64,000 bases of DNA from Polynucleobacter sp. (GTDB taxonomy: Bacteria > Pseudomonadota > Gammaproteobacteria > Burkholderiales > Burkholderiaceae): the NCBI GenBank assembly GCA_034680725.1, contig JAXIUI010000008.1:5450-69449 (forward strand), in the 5' to 3' direction. Within the stretch, counting starts at the first letter, position 1; every line of letters starts with the position of its first letter. Shown in pieces: positions 29,984 to 42,695 of this stretch. Below the pieces are notes generated by a model. It ran no database searches, had not been told where the DNA came from, and saw only the letters and a list, made by a program, of their open reading frames with translations. Position numbers and translations under genes: made by a program.

Positions 29984-31533
29984 TGACAATCATGATTACA
30001 GATCCTGATCAATTGATTTCTCATTTGCGTGATATCACTAGTCATGGTGCCCAAATTTGCGCTGATAGTCGGCAAATCACCAGCGGGGATATTTTCTTTG
30101 CATATCCCGTTGGAAGAGGTGCAGCATTTAGAGATGGGCGTGACTATATTGCTGCTGCATTGGAAAATGGCGCTGCGGCAATAGTATTTGATCCAGCAGA
30201 CGGAATTGCCGATGAATATATAGATCATCCAAACTGTTTTGCAGTCTCCCGTTTGGCCGCCCTGGCTGGTAAGTTGTGTTCACAGTGGTATGGCTGCCCT
30301 AGTAAACAGTTAAATGTCATTGGCGTAACAGGCACTAATGGAAAGACAAGTATTACTCAGTGGCTTGCACAAGCATTAGATACAGAAAATCATCGGAGTG
30401 CTGTAGTGGGTACCTTGGGAACGGGTTTTCCTGGGGCTTTGGCTTACTCTGGCTATACAACTCCAGACGCACCTCGTTTGCAAACAGAGTTGAAAGGGCT
30501 ATTAGATCAAGGTGCTCAGCAAGTAGTCATGGAAATTTCATCGCATGCTCTTGATCAAGAGCGTGTAGCAGGTTTGGATGTCTCCTGTGCAGTCTTTACA
30601 AACTTGACTCAGGATCATTTAGATTATCACGGCACTATGGCTGAGTATGCGCAAGCCAAAGAAAAACTGTTTTCGATTCCTACTTTAGAAAATGTTGTCA
30701 TTAACTTTGATGATCCATTTGGACGTGAGTTAGCAGTGAAGCTGTTGGCAGCAAATAAGTTGAGGGTATGGGGATATGCTTTAACAGACAAGGCCTTTGC
30801 TGGTTTCGAGAATTTTGGCGATCGTCTTAACTCCATCTATGTAAAAAACTTCAAGATCACTTCGACTGGATACGACGCGGTATTTGCCAGCAAAGATTTT
30901 GAATCTTCCGTACTGCAGTTGCCAGTGCTAGGCGAATTTAATCTTAGTAATTATTTGGCGGTATGGACGGTATTGATTACCGAAGGATTTAGTCCGGCTC
31001 AAGCGTCTGAGCGCATGGAGAGGTTAAGTCCAGTTCCTGGCCGAATGGAACTCATTCAGCTTAATAGAACCCAAAGAACTGATGGTCCTTTAGTGGTAGT
31101 TGACTATGCTCACACCCCGGATGCACTTGCTAAAGCTTTGGCTGCTTTGCGGCCAGTCGCCACTCAACGGGGTGGCAAGGTGTGGTGTGTATTTGGTTGT
31201 GGTGGCGATCGTGATTCGGGTAAGCGGCCACAAATGGGTCAAGTGGCGCAAGAGTATGCGGATCACATTGTCTTAACGAGTGATAATCCGCGCTCAGAAG
31301 AGCCTGAGGCCATCATCGCAATGATTCGTTCTGGAATAACGAAGGAATCTAATAATATTCAATCCTTGCCAGATAGAGCTGCGGCAATCATGGCTGCAGT
31401 TCGGCACGCTGATCTCAAAGATGTCATCTTGGTTGCTGGTAAGGGTCATGAGTCTACCCAAGAAATCAAAGGAAAGAAATTTGATTTCTCAGATCAAGAG
31501 CATATTCGCTTAGCTGCGGGGGGTGCTCTATGA
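29980..31533 (+). CDS. murE: UDP-MurNAc-Ala-Glu--meso-DAP ligase
   Basis: GVTGTNGKTS, TTP, EISSH, DYAHTPD, DNPR meso-DAP motif, GKGHE. Confidence 0.97.
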   Translation: MMTIMITDPDQLISHLRDITSHGAQICADSRQITSGDIFFAYPVGRGAAFRDGRDYIAAALENGAAAIVFDPADGIADEYIDHPNCFAVSRLAALAGKLCSQWYGCPSKQLNVIGVTGTNGKTSITQWLAQALDTENHRSAVVGTLGTGFPGALAYSGYTTPDAPRLQTELKGLLDQGAQQVVMEISSHALDQERVAGLDVSCAVFTNLTQDHLDYHGTMAEYAQAKEKLFSIPTLENVVINFDDPFGRELAVKLLAANKLRVWGYALTDKAFAGFENFGDRLNSIYVKNFKITSTGYDAVFASKDFESSVLQLPVLGEFNLSNYLAVWTVLITEGFSPAQASERMERLSPVPGRMELIQLNRTQRTDGPLVVVDYAHTPDALAKALAALRPVATQRGGKVWCVFGCGGDRDSGKRPQMGQVAQEYADHIVLTSDNPRSEEPEAIIAMIRSGITKESNNIQSLPDRAAAIMAAVRHADLKDVILVAGKGHESTQEIKGKKFDFSDQEHIRLAAGGAL

Positions 31534-32981
31534 GTACCTTCATGACAACACTCGCTCATATTCATGACATGTTGCCTGGAAGCAATCTACTGAACACTTC
31601 AGAAGAGGCCGCAAAGTCTCTAAAGATTTCGAGTATTGGCAGTGATAGTCGCCAGGTGCAAGCGGGTGAACTATTTGTTGCTTTATCAGGCGAACGCTTT
31701 GATGCTCACCAATTTCTATCCAGCGTTGTTCAAGCGGGAGCGAGCTCAGCCCTGATTAGCGATTCACATCAGTGCCCGCCAAATCTACCAGCTGTTTGTG
31801 TGAGTGATACTAAAAAAAGTTTGAGTCAGCTAGCGCATGCATGGCGTAAGCAGTTTTCTATTCCAGTGGCTGTTGTAACTGGCTCTAATGGCAAAACTAC
31901 CGTAAAGGAAATGATTGCCTCTATTTTTAAAGCCGCGGTTGGCGAGAATGCGACTTTAGTGACTAAAGGTAATCTCAATAACGACATTGGTTTGCCGCTG
32001 ACTCTATTGCGCATGCGTTCAAGCGACCGCTTGGCTGTCATAGAGCTTGGCATGAATCATCCTGGTGAAACTGCTGAGCTTGCTCATGTTGTCCAGGCCA
32101 ATATTGCATTAATTAATAATGCCCAACGCGAGCATCAGGAGTTTATGGCGAGCGTGGAGGCGGTGGCAAATGAGCATGCAGCAGTGTTAGCCGCTCTACC
32201 GAAAAATGGTGTGGCAGTATTTCCTGCGGATTCTGATTTTTGTCATGTTTGGCGTGTGGCTGCTGCAGGACGAAAGATTGTGGACTTTGCTTTCATGTCA
32301 TCAGGCAACGCCATTTCAGCCTCAGTAACAGGTCAAACTCTACCTAATGGAAAACTCCAAATTAAGACTGAAAAGGGAAGTATTGAAGTTCAGTTAAATA
32401 CACTGGGGCAGCACAACTTAGGTAATGCTCTTGCAGCAACTGCTGTAGCTTTAGCTGCAGGCCTTGAACTTCAGAATATTCAGTTGGGATTAGAGTCATT
32501 TACGCCTGTTCATGGCCGAATGCAAGTAAAGATATTGGCCTCTAATCGCAGCTTAATTGATGATAGTTATAACGCTAATCCTGATTCTGTCAGAGCGGCA
32601 ATTGATGCGCTTAAGCAGTCTGGAAATGCTGCTTGGTTGGTCTTGGGTGATATGGGCGAGGTAGGTGAGCAAGGTCCTGCTTTTCATCAAGAAGTAGGAG
32701 CTTATGCTGCTGAGCAGGGTATTACTAAATTATTTACGCTTGGTGAGCAGTGTCAATTTGCAGTACAAGGTTTTAATGATGCGCTAAATAAACAAGCGCT
32801 TACTCAAAGTGCGCTGCATTTCAAAGATGTTGATCAGTTGTTGGAAAACCTTAACCATGCTCTCGGCACTCTAGATGCTGATGATTCCACGTATTTAACT
32901 ATTTTAGTTAAAGGTTCCCGTTTTATGCGCATGGAGCGTGTTGTGCAGGCCTTATTAGAGGAGGCTAAAACATGCTCTTGA
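31530..32981 (+). CDS. murF: UDP-MurNAc-tripeptide--D-Ala-D-Ala ligase
   Basis: [36 protein letters not shown]. Confidence 0.97.
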   Translation: MSTFMTTLAHIHDMLPGSNLLNTSEEAAKSLKISSIGSDSRQVQAGELFVALSGERFDAHQFLSSVVQAGASSALISDSHQCPPNLPAVCVSDTKKSLSQLAHAWRKQFSIPVAVVTGSNGKTTVKEMIASIFKAAVGENATLVTKGNLNNDIGLPLTLLRMRSSDRLAVIELGMNHPGETAELAHVVQANIALINNAQREHQEFMASVEAVANEHAAVLAALPKNGVAVFPADSDFCHVWRVAAAGRKIVDFAFMSSGNAISASVTGQTLPNGKLQIKTEKGSIEVQLNTLGQHNLGNALAATAVALAAGLELQNIQLGLESFTPVHGRMQVKILASNRSLIDDSYNANPDSVRAAIDALKQSGNAAWLVLGDMGEVGEQGPAFHQEVGAYAAEQGITKLFTLGEQCQFAVQGFNDALNKQALTQSALHFKDVDQLLENLNHALGTLDADDSTYLTILVKGSRFMRMERVVQALLEEAKTCS

Positions 32982-34141
32982 TCTTGGCTCAGTGGTTACA
33001 AGACGACTTTGGATTTTTCCGCGTCTTTAATTACATTACTTTTAGGGCGGTAATGGCCACTGTTACTGCACTTTTAATTGGTCTGGCTGCTGGTCCTTGG
33101 GTCATTCGAAAGTTAGCTGCGCTCAAGATGGGTCAGGCTGTACGTACAGATGGTCCACAAACGCATTTAGTGAAGTCCGGAACGCCGACTATGGGCGGCG
33201 TATTAATTCTTTTAGGTATTTTTATCTCCTGCATGCTTTGGGCAGATTTAAGCAATCGCTTTATTTGGATTGTGATGATTGTGACCTTTGGATTCGGAAT
33301 GGTGGGTTGGGTAGATGACTACCGTAAAGTGGCTCGCAAAGATCCGAAAGGAATGGCTTCCAGAGAAAAATTCTTCTGGCAAACATTAATCGGCCTATTT
33401 GCTGCAATCTATTTGGCATTCTCAGTTTCAGAAGTCAATAATCTCAAGGTGTTGCAACTTTTCTACGATTGGCTCAAAAGTGGTTTTGCTTTAGATCTGC
33501 CGGCAAAGTCAAATCTATTGATCCCATTCATGAAAGAGGTTAGCTATCCCTTAGGAGTAATGGGTTTCATTATCTTAAGTTATCTAGTGATAGTAGGTAG
33601 TAGTAACGCTGTTAATTTGACTGATGGGCTCGATGGTTTGGTGATCATGCCAGTCATTTTGGTGGGTGCCGCATTAGGAGCCTTTGCCTACGTAATGGGT
33701 AATGCTATCTATGCAAAGTATCTTTTGTTCCCCTACATACCAGGTGCTGGTGAGTTGATGATTTTCTGTGGAGCAATGGGGGGCGCTGGATTGGCATTTC
33801 TTTGGTACAACACTCACCCTGCACAAGTATTTATGGGTGATGTTGGTGCACTAGCATTAGGTGGCGCTCTTGGCACAATTGCCGTCATTGTGAGACAAGA
33901 GATTGTTCTCTTTGTCATGGGGGGAATTTTCGTAGCTGAAACTTGCTCAGTCATGTTGCAAGTAGTCTGGTTCAAATTTACCAAGAAACGTTTTGGAGAG
34001 GGCCGTCGTATTTTTAGGATGGCTCCACTGCATCATCATTTTGAATTGGGTGGTTGGCGTGAAACACAAGTAGTGGTTCGCTTCTGGATCATCACTATTT
34101 TATTAGTCCTCATTGGCCTCTCTAGCCTGAAATTGCGATAA
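32972..34141 (+). CDS. mraY: Phospho-MurNAc-pentapeptide transferase
   Basis: [35 protein letters not shown]. Confidence 0.98.
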   Translation: MLLILAQWLQDDFGFFRVFNYITFRAVMATVTALLIGLAAGPWVIRKLAALKMGQAVRTDGPQTHLVKSGTPTMGGVLILLGIFISCMLWADLSNRFIWIVMIVTFGFGMVGWVDDYRKVARKDPKGMASREKFFWQTLIGLFAAIYLAFSVSEVNNLKVLQLFYDWLKSGFALDLPAKSNLLIPFMKEVSYPLGVMGFIILSYLVIVGSSNAVNLTDGLDGLVIMPVILVGAALGAFAYVMGNAIYAKYLLFPYIPGAGELMIFCGAMGGAGLAFLWYNTHPAQVFMGDVGALALGGALGTIAVIVRQEIVLFVMGGIFVAETCSVMLQVVWFKFTKKRFGEGRRIFRMAPLHHHFELGGWRETQVVVRFWIITILLVLIGLSSLKLR

Positions 34142-34151
34142 GCCAAAGAAT

Positions 34152-35771
34152 ATGCATAACCTCGATCTCGCCTTTGCCAATCCTGCACTCCTTGCGGAGC
34201 ATGAATACACTCAGCCTCAAAAGTTTCTGATTTTAGGTTTAGGTGAATCTGGATATGCCATGGCCAAGTGGTGCCTACGAAATGGGGCCCAAGTAAGCCT
34301 GGCTGATACACGCGATCGCCAGCAGCTCACTGATCGTCAGAAAGCTTGGTTAGCTGAGCTTGAATTTGCAGGACTCAAAGAGGTGAACTTTGGCCCACTT
34401 GAAGTGGCTCACCTAATGCATATTGATGTGATTGGTATTAGTCCTGGTTTATCGCCTATTCAAGAACCTATTCGATCCTTCTTAACCAAAGCTCAAGAGT
34501 TGGAAGTTGATGTTTGGGGTGAGATGGAATTTTTTGCTCGAGCAATTGCAGCCTTAGATCGCATGGCTCAAGTGGATAACTCACAATATCAGCCAGCAGT
34601 GTTAGCTATTACGGGCACAAATGGCAAGACAACGACAACTGCCCTCACCGGCCAATTGTGTGAACGGGCTGGTAAGCGTGTTGCAGTAGCGGGCAATATT
34701 AGTCCGGCAGCCTTAGATAAATTGATGTCTTTTTTAGATGCAGCAGATCAAGTGGTGGATATGCCTGAAGTTTGGGTGCTAGAGCTCTCCAGTTTTCAGT
34801 TGATCTATACAAGCACATTCAATGCAACAGCTGCGACTGTACTGAACATTTCGCAAGATCACCTTGATTGGCATGGAGATATGCAAGCGTATATCGATGC
34901 CAAGGCCAATATCTTTGGTTTAGATACTGTTTGTATTTTGAATCGTGATGATCCACAGGTTATGGGTTTGCTTTCGGAGGAGCAGAAAGTAAGCAAATCG
35001 ATCATTACCTTCGGAGCTAATCGTCCAGATGAGCAAGGTGCATTTGGAATCGAGCATGATTTGCGTGCTGGTGGAATTGATTGGTTGGTATGGGCTGAAG
35101 TCGATGAAGATCAGGAGCCCCAACCGAAGCGTCGCCGTAAATCTGCAGTTATTGAGGATGAGCCACTCAGGTTAAAGCGTTTAATACCAGCAGATGCCTT
35201 ACGTATCCGCGGTCGGCACAATGCCTTAAATGCATTAGCTGCTCTTGCTCTGGCTAGAGCAGCAGGTTTACCAATGAATATGTTGTTACATGGATTGCGT
35301 GATTACCATGGTGAACCTCATCGGGTGCAGAGTATTGGAATCGTTGCAAATGTTGAGTATGTTGATGATAGTAAAGGTACTAATGTTGGTGCAACCGTTG
35401 CAGCGTTAAATGGTTTAAGTGCAAATGAATCAGGCAAGCGCATTTGGTTAATTGCTGGTGGAGAAGGTAAAGGTCAGGATTTCAGTCCCTTACGGGAGCC
35501 TACATTACGATTTGTAAAGGGTGTTTTTTTGATTGGTAAGGATGCGCCCATCATTGCCCAAGCACTTGGTGATGCAGTCCCCTCAGTGATGAGTGAGACT
35601 TTGCATAATGCCGTTTCTGAAGTTGCAAAAAGAGCACAGGCTGGAGATATTGTCTTGCTATCACCTGCATGTGCAAGTTTTGATCAGTTCAAGGATTATG
35701 TAGCGCGCGCTGAAGCCTTTGTCGCTGAAGTTCAAGAGCTAGAAATGCAATTTGAGGGAGTTCAAATATGA
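34152..35771 (+). CDS. murD: UDP-MurNAc-Ala--D-Glu ligase
   Basis: SPG, ITGTNGKTTT, ELSSFQL, DHLDWH, DDSKGTN, SPACASFD. Confidence 0.96.
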   Translation: MHNLDLAFANPALLAEHEYTQPQKFLILGLGESGYAMAKWCLRNGAQVSLADTRDRQQLTDRQKAWLAELEFAGLKEVNFGPLEVAHLMHIDVIGISPGLSPIQEPIRSFLTKAQELEVDVWGEMEFFARAIAALDRMAQVDNSQYQPAVLAITGTNGKTTTTALTGQLCERAGKRVAVAGNISPAALDKLMSFLDAADQVVDMPEVWVLELSSFQLIYTSTFNATAATVLNISQDHLDWHGDMQAYIDAKANIFGLDTVCILNRDDPQVMGLLSEEQKVSKSIITFGANRPDEQGAFGIEHDLRAGGIDWLVWAEVDEDQEPQPKRRRKSAVIEDEPLRLKRLIPADALRIRGRHNALNALAALALARAAGLPMNMLLHGLRDYHGEPHRVQSIGIVANVEYVDDSKGTNVGATVAALNGLSANESGKRIWLIAGGEGKGQDFSPLREPTLRFVKGVFLIGKDAPIIAQALGDAVPSVMSETLHNAVSEVAKRAQAGDIVLLSPACASFDQFKDYVARAEAFVAEVQELEMQFEGVQI

Positions 35772-37039
35772 GTTTGAGGGAAAAACTGTTTCCTGAAAAT
35801 CGTTTGGGCTTAGGCCGCTTTTGGAATTTTTCCCGAGGTGGTATTGATAACTTCCGCACTGGACTTAGGGATGCAGTGTCTGGTGTGGAGCAGACTCGCT
35901 CGCGCATGATGGACTATGACCAGTTATTAGTTTGGGCTGTCTTGTCTCTAGCATTAATTGGTCTGGTGATGGTCTATTCGGCATCAATTACTTTGGCTGA
36001 CGGTCCTAAGTATGCTAATTACAGCAGTAATTTCTTTCTGATTCGCCACTTAATTTCGTTAACCATTGCCATTGTGGTCGGTATATGGGCGTTTAAGATT
36101 CCAAGCGCGGTATGGGATCGCTACTCACCGCTCATTTTTGCTTTTACGGTGTTGTTATTAATAGCCGTGTTAATTCCAGGCATTGGCAAGGGTGTGAATG
36201 GAGCTAAGCGCTGGATACCCTTGGGTTTAATGAACTTTCAGCCATCAGAGTTAATGAAGTTTGCTGCAGTGATCTTTGCAGCAAGCTATACCGTTAAACG
36301 TCAGGAATATCTTCATTCATTTGTGAAGGGGATGTTGCCAATGGGTATTGCGGTTGCTCTGGTAGGTGGTTTATTAATGGCTGAGCCCGATATGGGGGCA
36401 CTTGTTGTTATCTCAATCATTGCATTTGGAATTCTATTTTTAGGTGGAATTAACGCCAAGCTATTTGGCGGACTCTTGGCGGTGGGCATCCTAAGTGCTG
36501 TCACGATTATTGCCTTATCTCCATTTAGACAAAAACGCATCATGGCTTTTATAGATCCATGGCAAGCAGAAAATGCTGCTAACAAGGGCTACCAATTAAC
36601 CCATTCTTTGATGGCATTTGGTCGTGGCGAATGGTTTGGTCTCGGTTTAGGAGGCAGTGTTGAAAAACTGCACTATCTCCCAGAAGCTCACACAGATTTC
36701 ATCATGGCAGTGATTGGTGAAGAGCTTGGGTTTGTTGGTGTTGTGGTCATTATTTTCTTGTTTTATTGGATCGTACGTCGTGCATTTCTAATTGGACGTA
36801 CTGCATTACAGTTGGATCGCAGTTTTGCCGGCTTGGCTGCAAAAGGTGTGGCTATTTGGATTGGCTGGCAAGCTTTTATCAATATGGGTGTGAACTTGGG
36901 TTTGCTTCCCACCAAGGGATTAACCCTGCCTCTGGTTAGTTATGGTGGCTCAGGCATTCTCATGAATGCGATTGCAATAGCAATGCTTCTGCGGATCGAC
37001 TATGAAAATCGCATTCTGATGCGGGGAGGTAAGCTGTGA
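35768..37039 (+). CDS. ftsW: Peptidoglycan polymerase FtsW
   Basis: RWI.LG..FQPSE, GYQ, PEAHTDFI, KGLTLPLVSYGGS. Confidence 0.97.
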   Translation: MSLREKLFPENRLGLGRFWNFSRGGIDNFRTGLRDAVSGVEQTRSRMMDYDQLLVWAVLSLALIGLVMVYSASITLADGPKYANYSSNFFLIRHLISLTIAIVVGIWAFKIPSAVWDRYSPLIFAFTVLLLIAVLIPGIGKGVNGAKRWIPLGLMNFQPSELMKFAAVIFAASYTVKRQEYLHSFVKGMLPMGIAVALVGGLLMAEPDMGALVVISIIAFGILFLGGINAKLFGGLLAVGILSAVTIIALSPFRQKRIMAFIDPWQAENAANKGYQLTHSLMAFGRGEWFGLGLGGSVEKLHYLPEAHTDFIMAVIGEELGFVGVVVIIFLFYWIVRRAFLIGRTALQLDRSFAGLAAKGVAIWIGWQAFINMGVNLGLLPTKGLTLPLVSYGGSGILMNAIAIAMLLRIDYENRILMRGGKL

Positions 37040-38109
37040 CCAAGCCTTCTATCTTAGTCATGGCTGGAGGAACTGGGGGACATATTTTCCCAGGGCTTGC
37101 GGTTGCTGAATATCTCAGGATATGTGGTTGGAATGTATCTTGGCTTGGCAATAAAAATGGTATGGAATACCGTCTAGTACAGGCGCGTCAGTTTCCATTT
37201 GAAGCAGTTGATTTCAGTGGCCTACGTGGCAAAGGAATTAAAGCGCAACTCATGTTGCCGATTAATTTGACCAGAGCCTGTTTGCAAAGTTGGAAGATTT
37301 TGCGTCGGCTCAAGCCGAACGTCGTATTGGGAATGGGTGGTTACATTACCTTCCCAGGTGGATTAATGACTAAGCTATTGAAGAGGCCTTTAGTATTGCA
37401 TGAGGCCAATTCAGTGGCTGGTAGCGCTAATTTAGCATTAGCCAAAATTGCAATGCGTACCTTAACTGGGTTTCCCGATACGATGCAGCATGCTGAGTGG
37501 GTGGGCAATCCTATTCGTGAGGCATTTGATGCCATTGAAGCGCCATCTAAACGCTATGAAAAACGTAACGGAAAATTATCAGTTTTAGTAGTTGGTGGCA
37601 GTTTAGGAGCTGCAGCCTTGAATGAGGCAGTCCCTGCGGCACTAGCCTTGATGGACAAAGAGGCGCGTCCCCACATAATTCATCAGGCAGGTGATAAGCA
37701 CTTGGCAGATCTTGAGCAGCGCTATGCGCAGTTAGGGGTGCAGGCTGATATTCGTGCATTTATAGACGATATGCCGGCAGCTTACGCACAAGCTGATCTA
37801 GTTATTTGTCGTGCGGGAGCAATGACAGTCTCTGAAATTGCAGCATGTGGGGTCGCTTCTTGCCTTATTCCATTCCCTTATGCCATTGATGACCATCAGA
37901 CTGGCAATGCGCGTTTCTTAGCTGATGCAGATGCTGCGGTCTTATTGCCTCAGACAAATCTTCACCCGCAAGATCTTGCCCTAATGATTCAAAACATGAG
38001 TCGTGACGATTTAAGGTTGATGGCTGAGCGTGCGCATGCACTGGCAAAGCCGCATGCTACAAGACGCGTTGCTGAAGTTTGTGCTGATTGTGCGGGAGTG
38101 GGCATATGA
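37036..38109 (+). CDS. murG: Lipid II N-acetylglucosaminyltransferase
   Basis: [32 protein letters not shown]. Confidence 0.98.
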   Translation: MTKPSILVMAGGTGGHIFPGLAVAEYLRICGWNVSWLGNKNGMEYRLVQARQFPFEAVDFSGLRGKGIKAQLMLPINLTRACLQSWKILRRLKPNVVLGMGGYITFPGGLMTKLLKRPLVLHEANSVAGSANLALAKIAMRTLTGFPDTMQHAEWVGNPIREAFDAIEAPSKRYEKRNGKLSVLVVGGSLGAAALNEAVPAALALMDKEARPHIIHQAGDKHLADLEQRYAQLGVQADIRAFIDDMPAAYAQADLVICRAGAMTVSEIAACGVASCLIPFPYAIDDHQTGNARFLADADAAVLLPQTNLHPQDLALMIQNMSRDDLRLMAERAHALAKPHATRRVAEVCADCAGVGI

Positions 38110-39542
38110 AACATATTGTTCAGCAAATTCATTTTGTGGGTATTGGTGGCGCTGGCATGAGTGGTATTGCCGAAGTGCTCTTGAACTTGGGGTACCAAGT
38201 ATCTGGTTCTGATTTATCCGAAAGCGCTACAACGAAACGTTTGAGTGAGTTAGGTGCTCTCATTCATATTGGACATGACCCAAAAAATATTGGCACTGCC
38301 GAAGCAGTGGTGATCTCTACTGCAGTGGCTGGAAATAATCCAGAGGTTTTGGCTGCTCGGGCAGCAAAGGTGCCTATTATTCAGCGCGCTGTCATGCTTG
38401 GCGAGCTAATGCGCTTAAAGCAAGGCATTGCCATTGCTGGTACACATGGAAAAACAACCACGACGAGCTTAGTTGCATCTGTATTGGCTGAAGGCGGCCT
38501 AGATCCTACGTTTGTTATTGGTGGAAAGTTAAATTCTGCGGGCGCTAATGCACGCTTAGGTCAGGGTGATTTCATTGTGGTGGAGGCGGACGAGTCAGAT
38601 GCTTCCTTCTTGCAGTTATTCCCTGCTATGGAGGTGGTGACTAATATCGATGCTGATCATATGGATACTTACCAGCATGATATGGCGCGATTAAAGCAAG
38701 CATTCGTACAATTTATTCAGCGCATGCCTTTCTATGGCGTTGCCGTGCTCTGTGTGGATGATGCGAATGTGCGAGATATTATCCCTTTTGTTTCGCAACC
38801 CGTTCTGCGTTATGGCTTATCGGATGATGCGGATATTCGTGCGAGCAATATTCGTGCGCAAGGTACTCGTATGCATTTCCGTGTAGATCGCAGAACGGTT
38901 CGAAGGCACGGTAATAAGCCAGGCCCACTGGAAGTGCAATTGAATTTGCCAGGTTTGCATAACGTACGAAATGCATTGGCAGCTATCGGTATTGCAACCG
39001 AATTAGGTGTTGGTGATGAGGCGATTGTGAAAGCCTTATCTGAATTTGGTGGAGTGGGACGTCGCTTTCAAAGGTATGGTGATATTCCATTGGCAGATGG
39101 TGGAAGTTTTACGCTGATTGATGACTATGGCCATCACCCAGTAGAAATGGCTGCTACCTTGGCTGCTGCTCGCGGAGCTTATCCCGAGCGTCGATTAGTT
39201 TTAGCATTCCAGCCTCACCGATTTACGCGTACTCGAGATTGTTTTGGTGAGTTTGTTCAAGTGCTCAAGAATTTCGATGCCTTAGTTTTAACCGAAGTTT
39301 ATCCGGCAGGTGAAGCCAAAATTCCTGGTGCTAATGGACAAAGCCTCCTGAAAGCTGCTCTAGCGATTGATAAAAATGCTAAGGCCTTATTGGATAGTAC
39401 TTCAGTAGCGTTTGCTCCTACGGTAGCGGATATGCCTGAGAAGTTGAAAGCCCTATTGCGTGATGGCGATGTCTTAATCACGATGGGTGCCGGTTCTATT
39501 TCTGGGTTGCCGCATGTATTAGCGGAGGCGAAAAATGCCTAA
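38106..39542 (+). CDS. murC: UDP-MurNAc--L-alanine ligase
   Basis: [33 protein letters not shown] 38106 overlaps the murG stop (ATGA). Confidence 0.98.
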   Translation: MKHIVQQIHFVGIGGAGMSGIAEVLLNLGYQVSGSDLSESATTKRLSELGALIHIGHDPKNIGTAEAVVISTAVAGNNPEVLAARAAKVPIIQRAVMLGELMRLKQGIAIAGTHGKTTTTSLVASVLAEGGLDPTFVIGGKLNSAGANARLGQGDFIVVEADESDASFLQLFPAMEVVTNIDADHMDTYQHDMARLKQAFVQFIQRMPFYGVAVLCVDDANVRDIIPFVSQPVLRYGLSDDADIRASNIRAQGTRMHFRVDRRTVRRHGNKPGPLEVQLNLPGLHNVRNALAAIGIATELGVGDEAIVKALSEFGGVGRRFQRYGDIPLADGGSFTLIDDYGHHPVEMAATLAAARGAYPERRLVLAFQPHRFTRTRDCFGEFVQVLKNFDALVLTEVYPAGEAKIPGANGQSLLKAALAIDKNAKALLDSTSVAFAPTVADMPEKLKALLRDGDVLITMGAGSISGLPHVLAEAKNA

Positions 39543-40548
39543 GCAAATTGAGCAAATCCTATCTTGGGGAGAGCGGGTCAAGCAAGACCTAGCAAAACTT
39601 GATGTTAAATCTTTAGGCAAAGTAGGCGTATTGCTAGGCGGACGTTCTGGTGAGCGTGAGATTTCTCTAATGTCAGGCGGTGGCGTTTTAGATGCCTTAT
39701 TGTCTAAGGGTGTGGATGCCCATGGTTTTGATCCGGGCCTACGCTGCCCAACTGAGCTTGCACAAGAAAAATTTGATCGCGTCTTCATTTCTTTGCATGG
39801 ACGGTATGGAGAAGATGGCACTATCCAGGGTTTGTTAGAGCTATTGGGATTGCCATACACCGGAAGTGGAGTATTGGCATCGGCATTGGCGATAGATAAG
39901 ATAGCCACAAAACGTATCTGGATCAGCAGTGGTTTATCTACCCCTGAGTTTGAAGAACTTAAAGCAGACAGCAATTGGGATGCAGTGGTTAGCAAGTTGG
40001 GCTTGCCATTAATTGTGAAGCCTGCCCATGAAGGTTCTTCCTTGGGGCTGACAAAAGTGAAGTCGGTCGATGAGTTGCCTGCTGCCTATCAACTTGCAGC
40101 GGCAATGGATAAAGCAGTGATTGCAGAAACTTGCATTATTGGTGATGAGTTAACTTGTCCCTTGGTAGGTTTTGGTAAAGATGCGGAAGCATTGCCCGTA
40201 ATTAAAATTATTCCGCCGCAAGCCAACTATGACTTCCACAATAAATATTTCTCTGATGAGACGCAATATTTATGCCCAACTGGCCTAGCTCCAGAAGTCA
40301 ATTTAGAAGTTCAAGAATTAGCCTTGGCAGCCTACAGGGCTCTTGGTTGCAAGACTTGGGGTCGAGCGGATGTCATGTTAGACCAGAAGACGGGCAAGCC
40401 CTATTTATTAGAGATGAATACGTCTCCGGGAATGACATCTCATTCATTAGTGCCTATGGCAGCTAAAGCCGCCGGCGTCGAATATGCCGAATTGGTTTTA
40501 TGGGTCATTAGTAAAACACTGAACACCCAAGGGGAAGCTCGAGCATGA
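39535..40548 (+). CDS. ddl: D-alanine--D-alanine ligase
   Basis: [31 protein letters not shown]. Confidence 0.97.
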   Translation: MPKQIEQILSWGERVKQDLAKLDVKSLGKVGVLLGGRSGEREISLMSGGGVLDALLSKGVDAHGFDPGLRCPTELAQEKFDRVFISLHGRYGEDGTIQGLLELLGLPYTGSGVLASALAIDKIATKRIWISSGLSTPEFEELKADSNWDAVVSKLGLPLIVKPAHEGSSLGLTKVKSVDELPAAYQLAAAMDKAVIAETCIIGDELTCPLVGFGKDAEALPVIKIIPPQANYDFHNKYFSDETQYLCPTGLAPEVNLEVQELALAAYRALGCKTWGRADVMLDQKTGKPYLLEMNTSPGMTSHSLVPMAAKAAGVEYAELVLWVISKTLNTQGEARA

Positions 40549-41411
40549 ATCGTATGAGCAATTTCCTTTCTGGATTCGGTGAAGTGTGTGCATCACTAGC
40601 ATCTCCTATTTGGAATCACCCTGAGCGTATGAAAAAACTCACGCGCTTTCTGATGCGTTTATTTGCACTGATGCTATTGGTGGGTATTTTGCTTTGGTTG
40701 AGTCAAAGACCGGTGTTTGCTTTGCGTCAAATAGTGATAGAGCCAATTGCGGGGGAAACGCTAAAGCATATTAGTAAGCCGATAGTAAAGCAGCAAGTTA
40801 TTGAAACTGTTAAGGGAAATTTTTTTAGCGTGAGATTAGAGGATGTTAAACGAGGCTTTGAGTCAATGCCTTGGGTACGACACGCCAATGTTCGTAGGGT
40901 TTGGCCAAATGAATTGGTTGTGAATATTGAAGAGCAAAAACCTTTTGGAATATGGGGTGGAGTTGATAGTCACCGTTTAATGAACACCCATGGTGAGATT
41001 TTTGTAGGGCGAGTTTCAGAGGTTGGTGATGGTATTCAATTAGTTGATTTTTATGGACCAGATGACTCCAGCAAAGAAGTGATGCGGCTCTATGAAAAAG
41101 CAAATGGATGGTTCAAGCCATGGGATGCAGAGGTCAAGAGTCTCACTCTATCTGATCGCTACGCCTGGAATGTCAAGTTGTCCAATGGAATGAGGGTCGA
41201 GTTTGGTCGTGATGAAGAGAACTCGGACAAAACCTTAACTGAAGATCGTGTAGCACGACTCTTTAAATATTGGCCACAGGTTCAAGAGAAATGGGCTAAT
41301 CGTGTAGATGCGATCGATTTGCGCTATGCCAATGGTTTTGCAGTACATCTCGCATCTACGGGTCAAAAAAAGAATGAAATAGAAGCTAAGAAAAGTGGGC
41401 GTAAGCAATGA
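40545..41411 (+). CDS. ftsQ: Cell division protein FtsQ
   Basis: TM helix, POTRA domain, RRVWP, DLRY.NGFAV. Confidence 0.94.
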   Translation: MNRMSNFLSGFGEVCASLASPIWNHPERMKKLTRFLMRLFALMLLVGILLWLSQRPVFALRQIVIEPIAGETLKHISKPIVKQQVIETVKGNFFSVRLEDVKRGFESMPWVRHANVRRVWPNELVVNIEEQKPFGIWGGVDSHRLMNTHGEIFVGRVSEVGDGIQLVDFYGPDDSSKEVMRLYEKANGWFKPWDAEVKSLTLSDRYAWNVKLSNGMRVEFGRDEENSDKTLTEDRVARLFKYWPQVQEKWANRVDAIDLRYANGFAVHLASTGQKKNEIEAKKSGRKQ

Positions 41412-41420
41412 GGATTGAGA

Positions 41421-42650
41421 ATGAGTAAGGACAATCGCGATTTATTGGTAGGTTTAGATATTGGCACTTCTAAGGTAGTTGCCTTGGTCGCAGAATTGTC
41501 ACCTGATGGCGAATTTAATGTGGTTGGCGTAGGGCAAACTGCTTCAAAGGGTCTCAAAAAAGGTGTTGTCGTCAATATTGAAGCAACAGTCCAGTCAATT
41601 CAGAAAGCATTAGAAGAGGCTGAAGTAATGGCTGATCGTCAAATTGCTCAAGTCTTCACTGGAATTGCTGGTAACCATATTGTGAGTTTTAACTCTAGTG
41701 GTATGGTGGCTATTCGGGATAAAGAGGTTAGTGCTGGTGATGTAGAGCGTGTTCTGGAGACCGCTAAGGCAATCAATATTCCAACGGATCAACAAATTCT
41801 TCATATCCTTGTTCAAGAATTCATTATTGATGGACAAGAAGATGTCCGTGAGCCTATCGGCATGAGTGGGCTTCGTCTTGAAGTAAAAGTCCATATCGTC
41901 ACTGGCGCAGTTAGCGCAGCACAAAATATTGTGAAATGTGTTCGCCGCTGTGGCTTAGAGGTAAATGACCTGATATTGCAACCGCTCGCATCTAGTTTGG
42001 CTGTCTTAACTGAAGATGAAAAAGAACTTGGTGTTGTATTAGTAGATATCGGTGGTGGTACAACAGATATTGCTATTTACTGCCAGGGATCTATTCGGCA
42101 TACCGCGGTTATTCCCATTGCGGGCGACCAAATTACCAATGACATTGCAATGGCATTGCGTACCCCAACGATTGATGCTGAAGATCTCAAGATTCAATAT
42201 GGCATCGCACGCCAAGATATGGCTGATCCATCAACCATGATTGATGTGCCAGGGGTTGGAGATCGCGAGCCGCGTCCAATGTCAAAGCAGGCATTGGCTG
42301 CAGTGATTGAACCCCGAGTTGAAGAGCTGTTCACTTTAGTGAGGAGTGTGGTGCGCGATTCTGGTTACGAAGATATGGTGTCTTCAGGAATCGTACTGAC
42401 TGGTGGCACCTCTTTAATGCCGGGCATGGTCGAGCTAGCAGAGCAAGTTTTTTTACGCCCAGCACGTATTGGCACTCCTGAATATCGTGGTCATTTACAT
42501 GAAGTATTACGTAGCCCACGTTTTGCTACCAGCATCGGTTTATTAATGGAGGGTCAAGCACAGTTATTGCGTGGCCGTCGCGTATCCCAATCAGGCTCAT
42601 TGCAAAGTGTTATTTCGCGCATGAAAGAATGGTTCGCAGGAAATTTTTAA
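41421..42650 (+). CDS. ftsA: Cell division protein FtsA
   Basis: LDIGTSK, DIGGGT, LTGG, C-terminal amphipathic MKEWF..NF. ATG 41421. Confidence 0.98.
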   Translation: MSKDNRDLLVGLDIGTSKVVALVAELSPDGEFNVVGVGQTASKGLKKGVVVNIEATVQSIQKALEEAEVMADRQIAQVFTGIAGNHIVSFNSSGMVAIRDKEVSAGDVERVLETAKAINIPTDQQILHILVQEFIIDGQEDVREPIGMSGLRLEVKVHIVTGAVSAAQNIVKCVRRCGLEVNDLILQPLASSLAVLTEDEKELGVVLVDIGGGTTDIAIYCQGSIRHTAVIPIAGDQITNDIAMALRTPTIDAEDLKIQYGIARQDMADPSTMIDVPGVGDREPRPMSKQALAAVIEPRVEELFTLVRSVVRDSGYEDMVSSGIVLTGGTSLMPGMVELAEQVFLRPARIGTPEYRGHLHEVLRSPRFATSIGLLMEGQAQLLRGRRVSQSGSLQSVISRMKEWFAGNF

Positions 42651-42695
42651 GTTTTTCGTCGTCGTTAATGTAGTACTTATTACCTAGGAGGGTAT

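Noticed and set aside
35090-35180. Charged insertion with KRRRK in MurD
   Set aside because: It looks like a surface loop, and I recall similar loops in Burkholderiales MurD; the NLS-like look is meaningless here.
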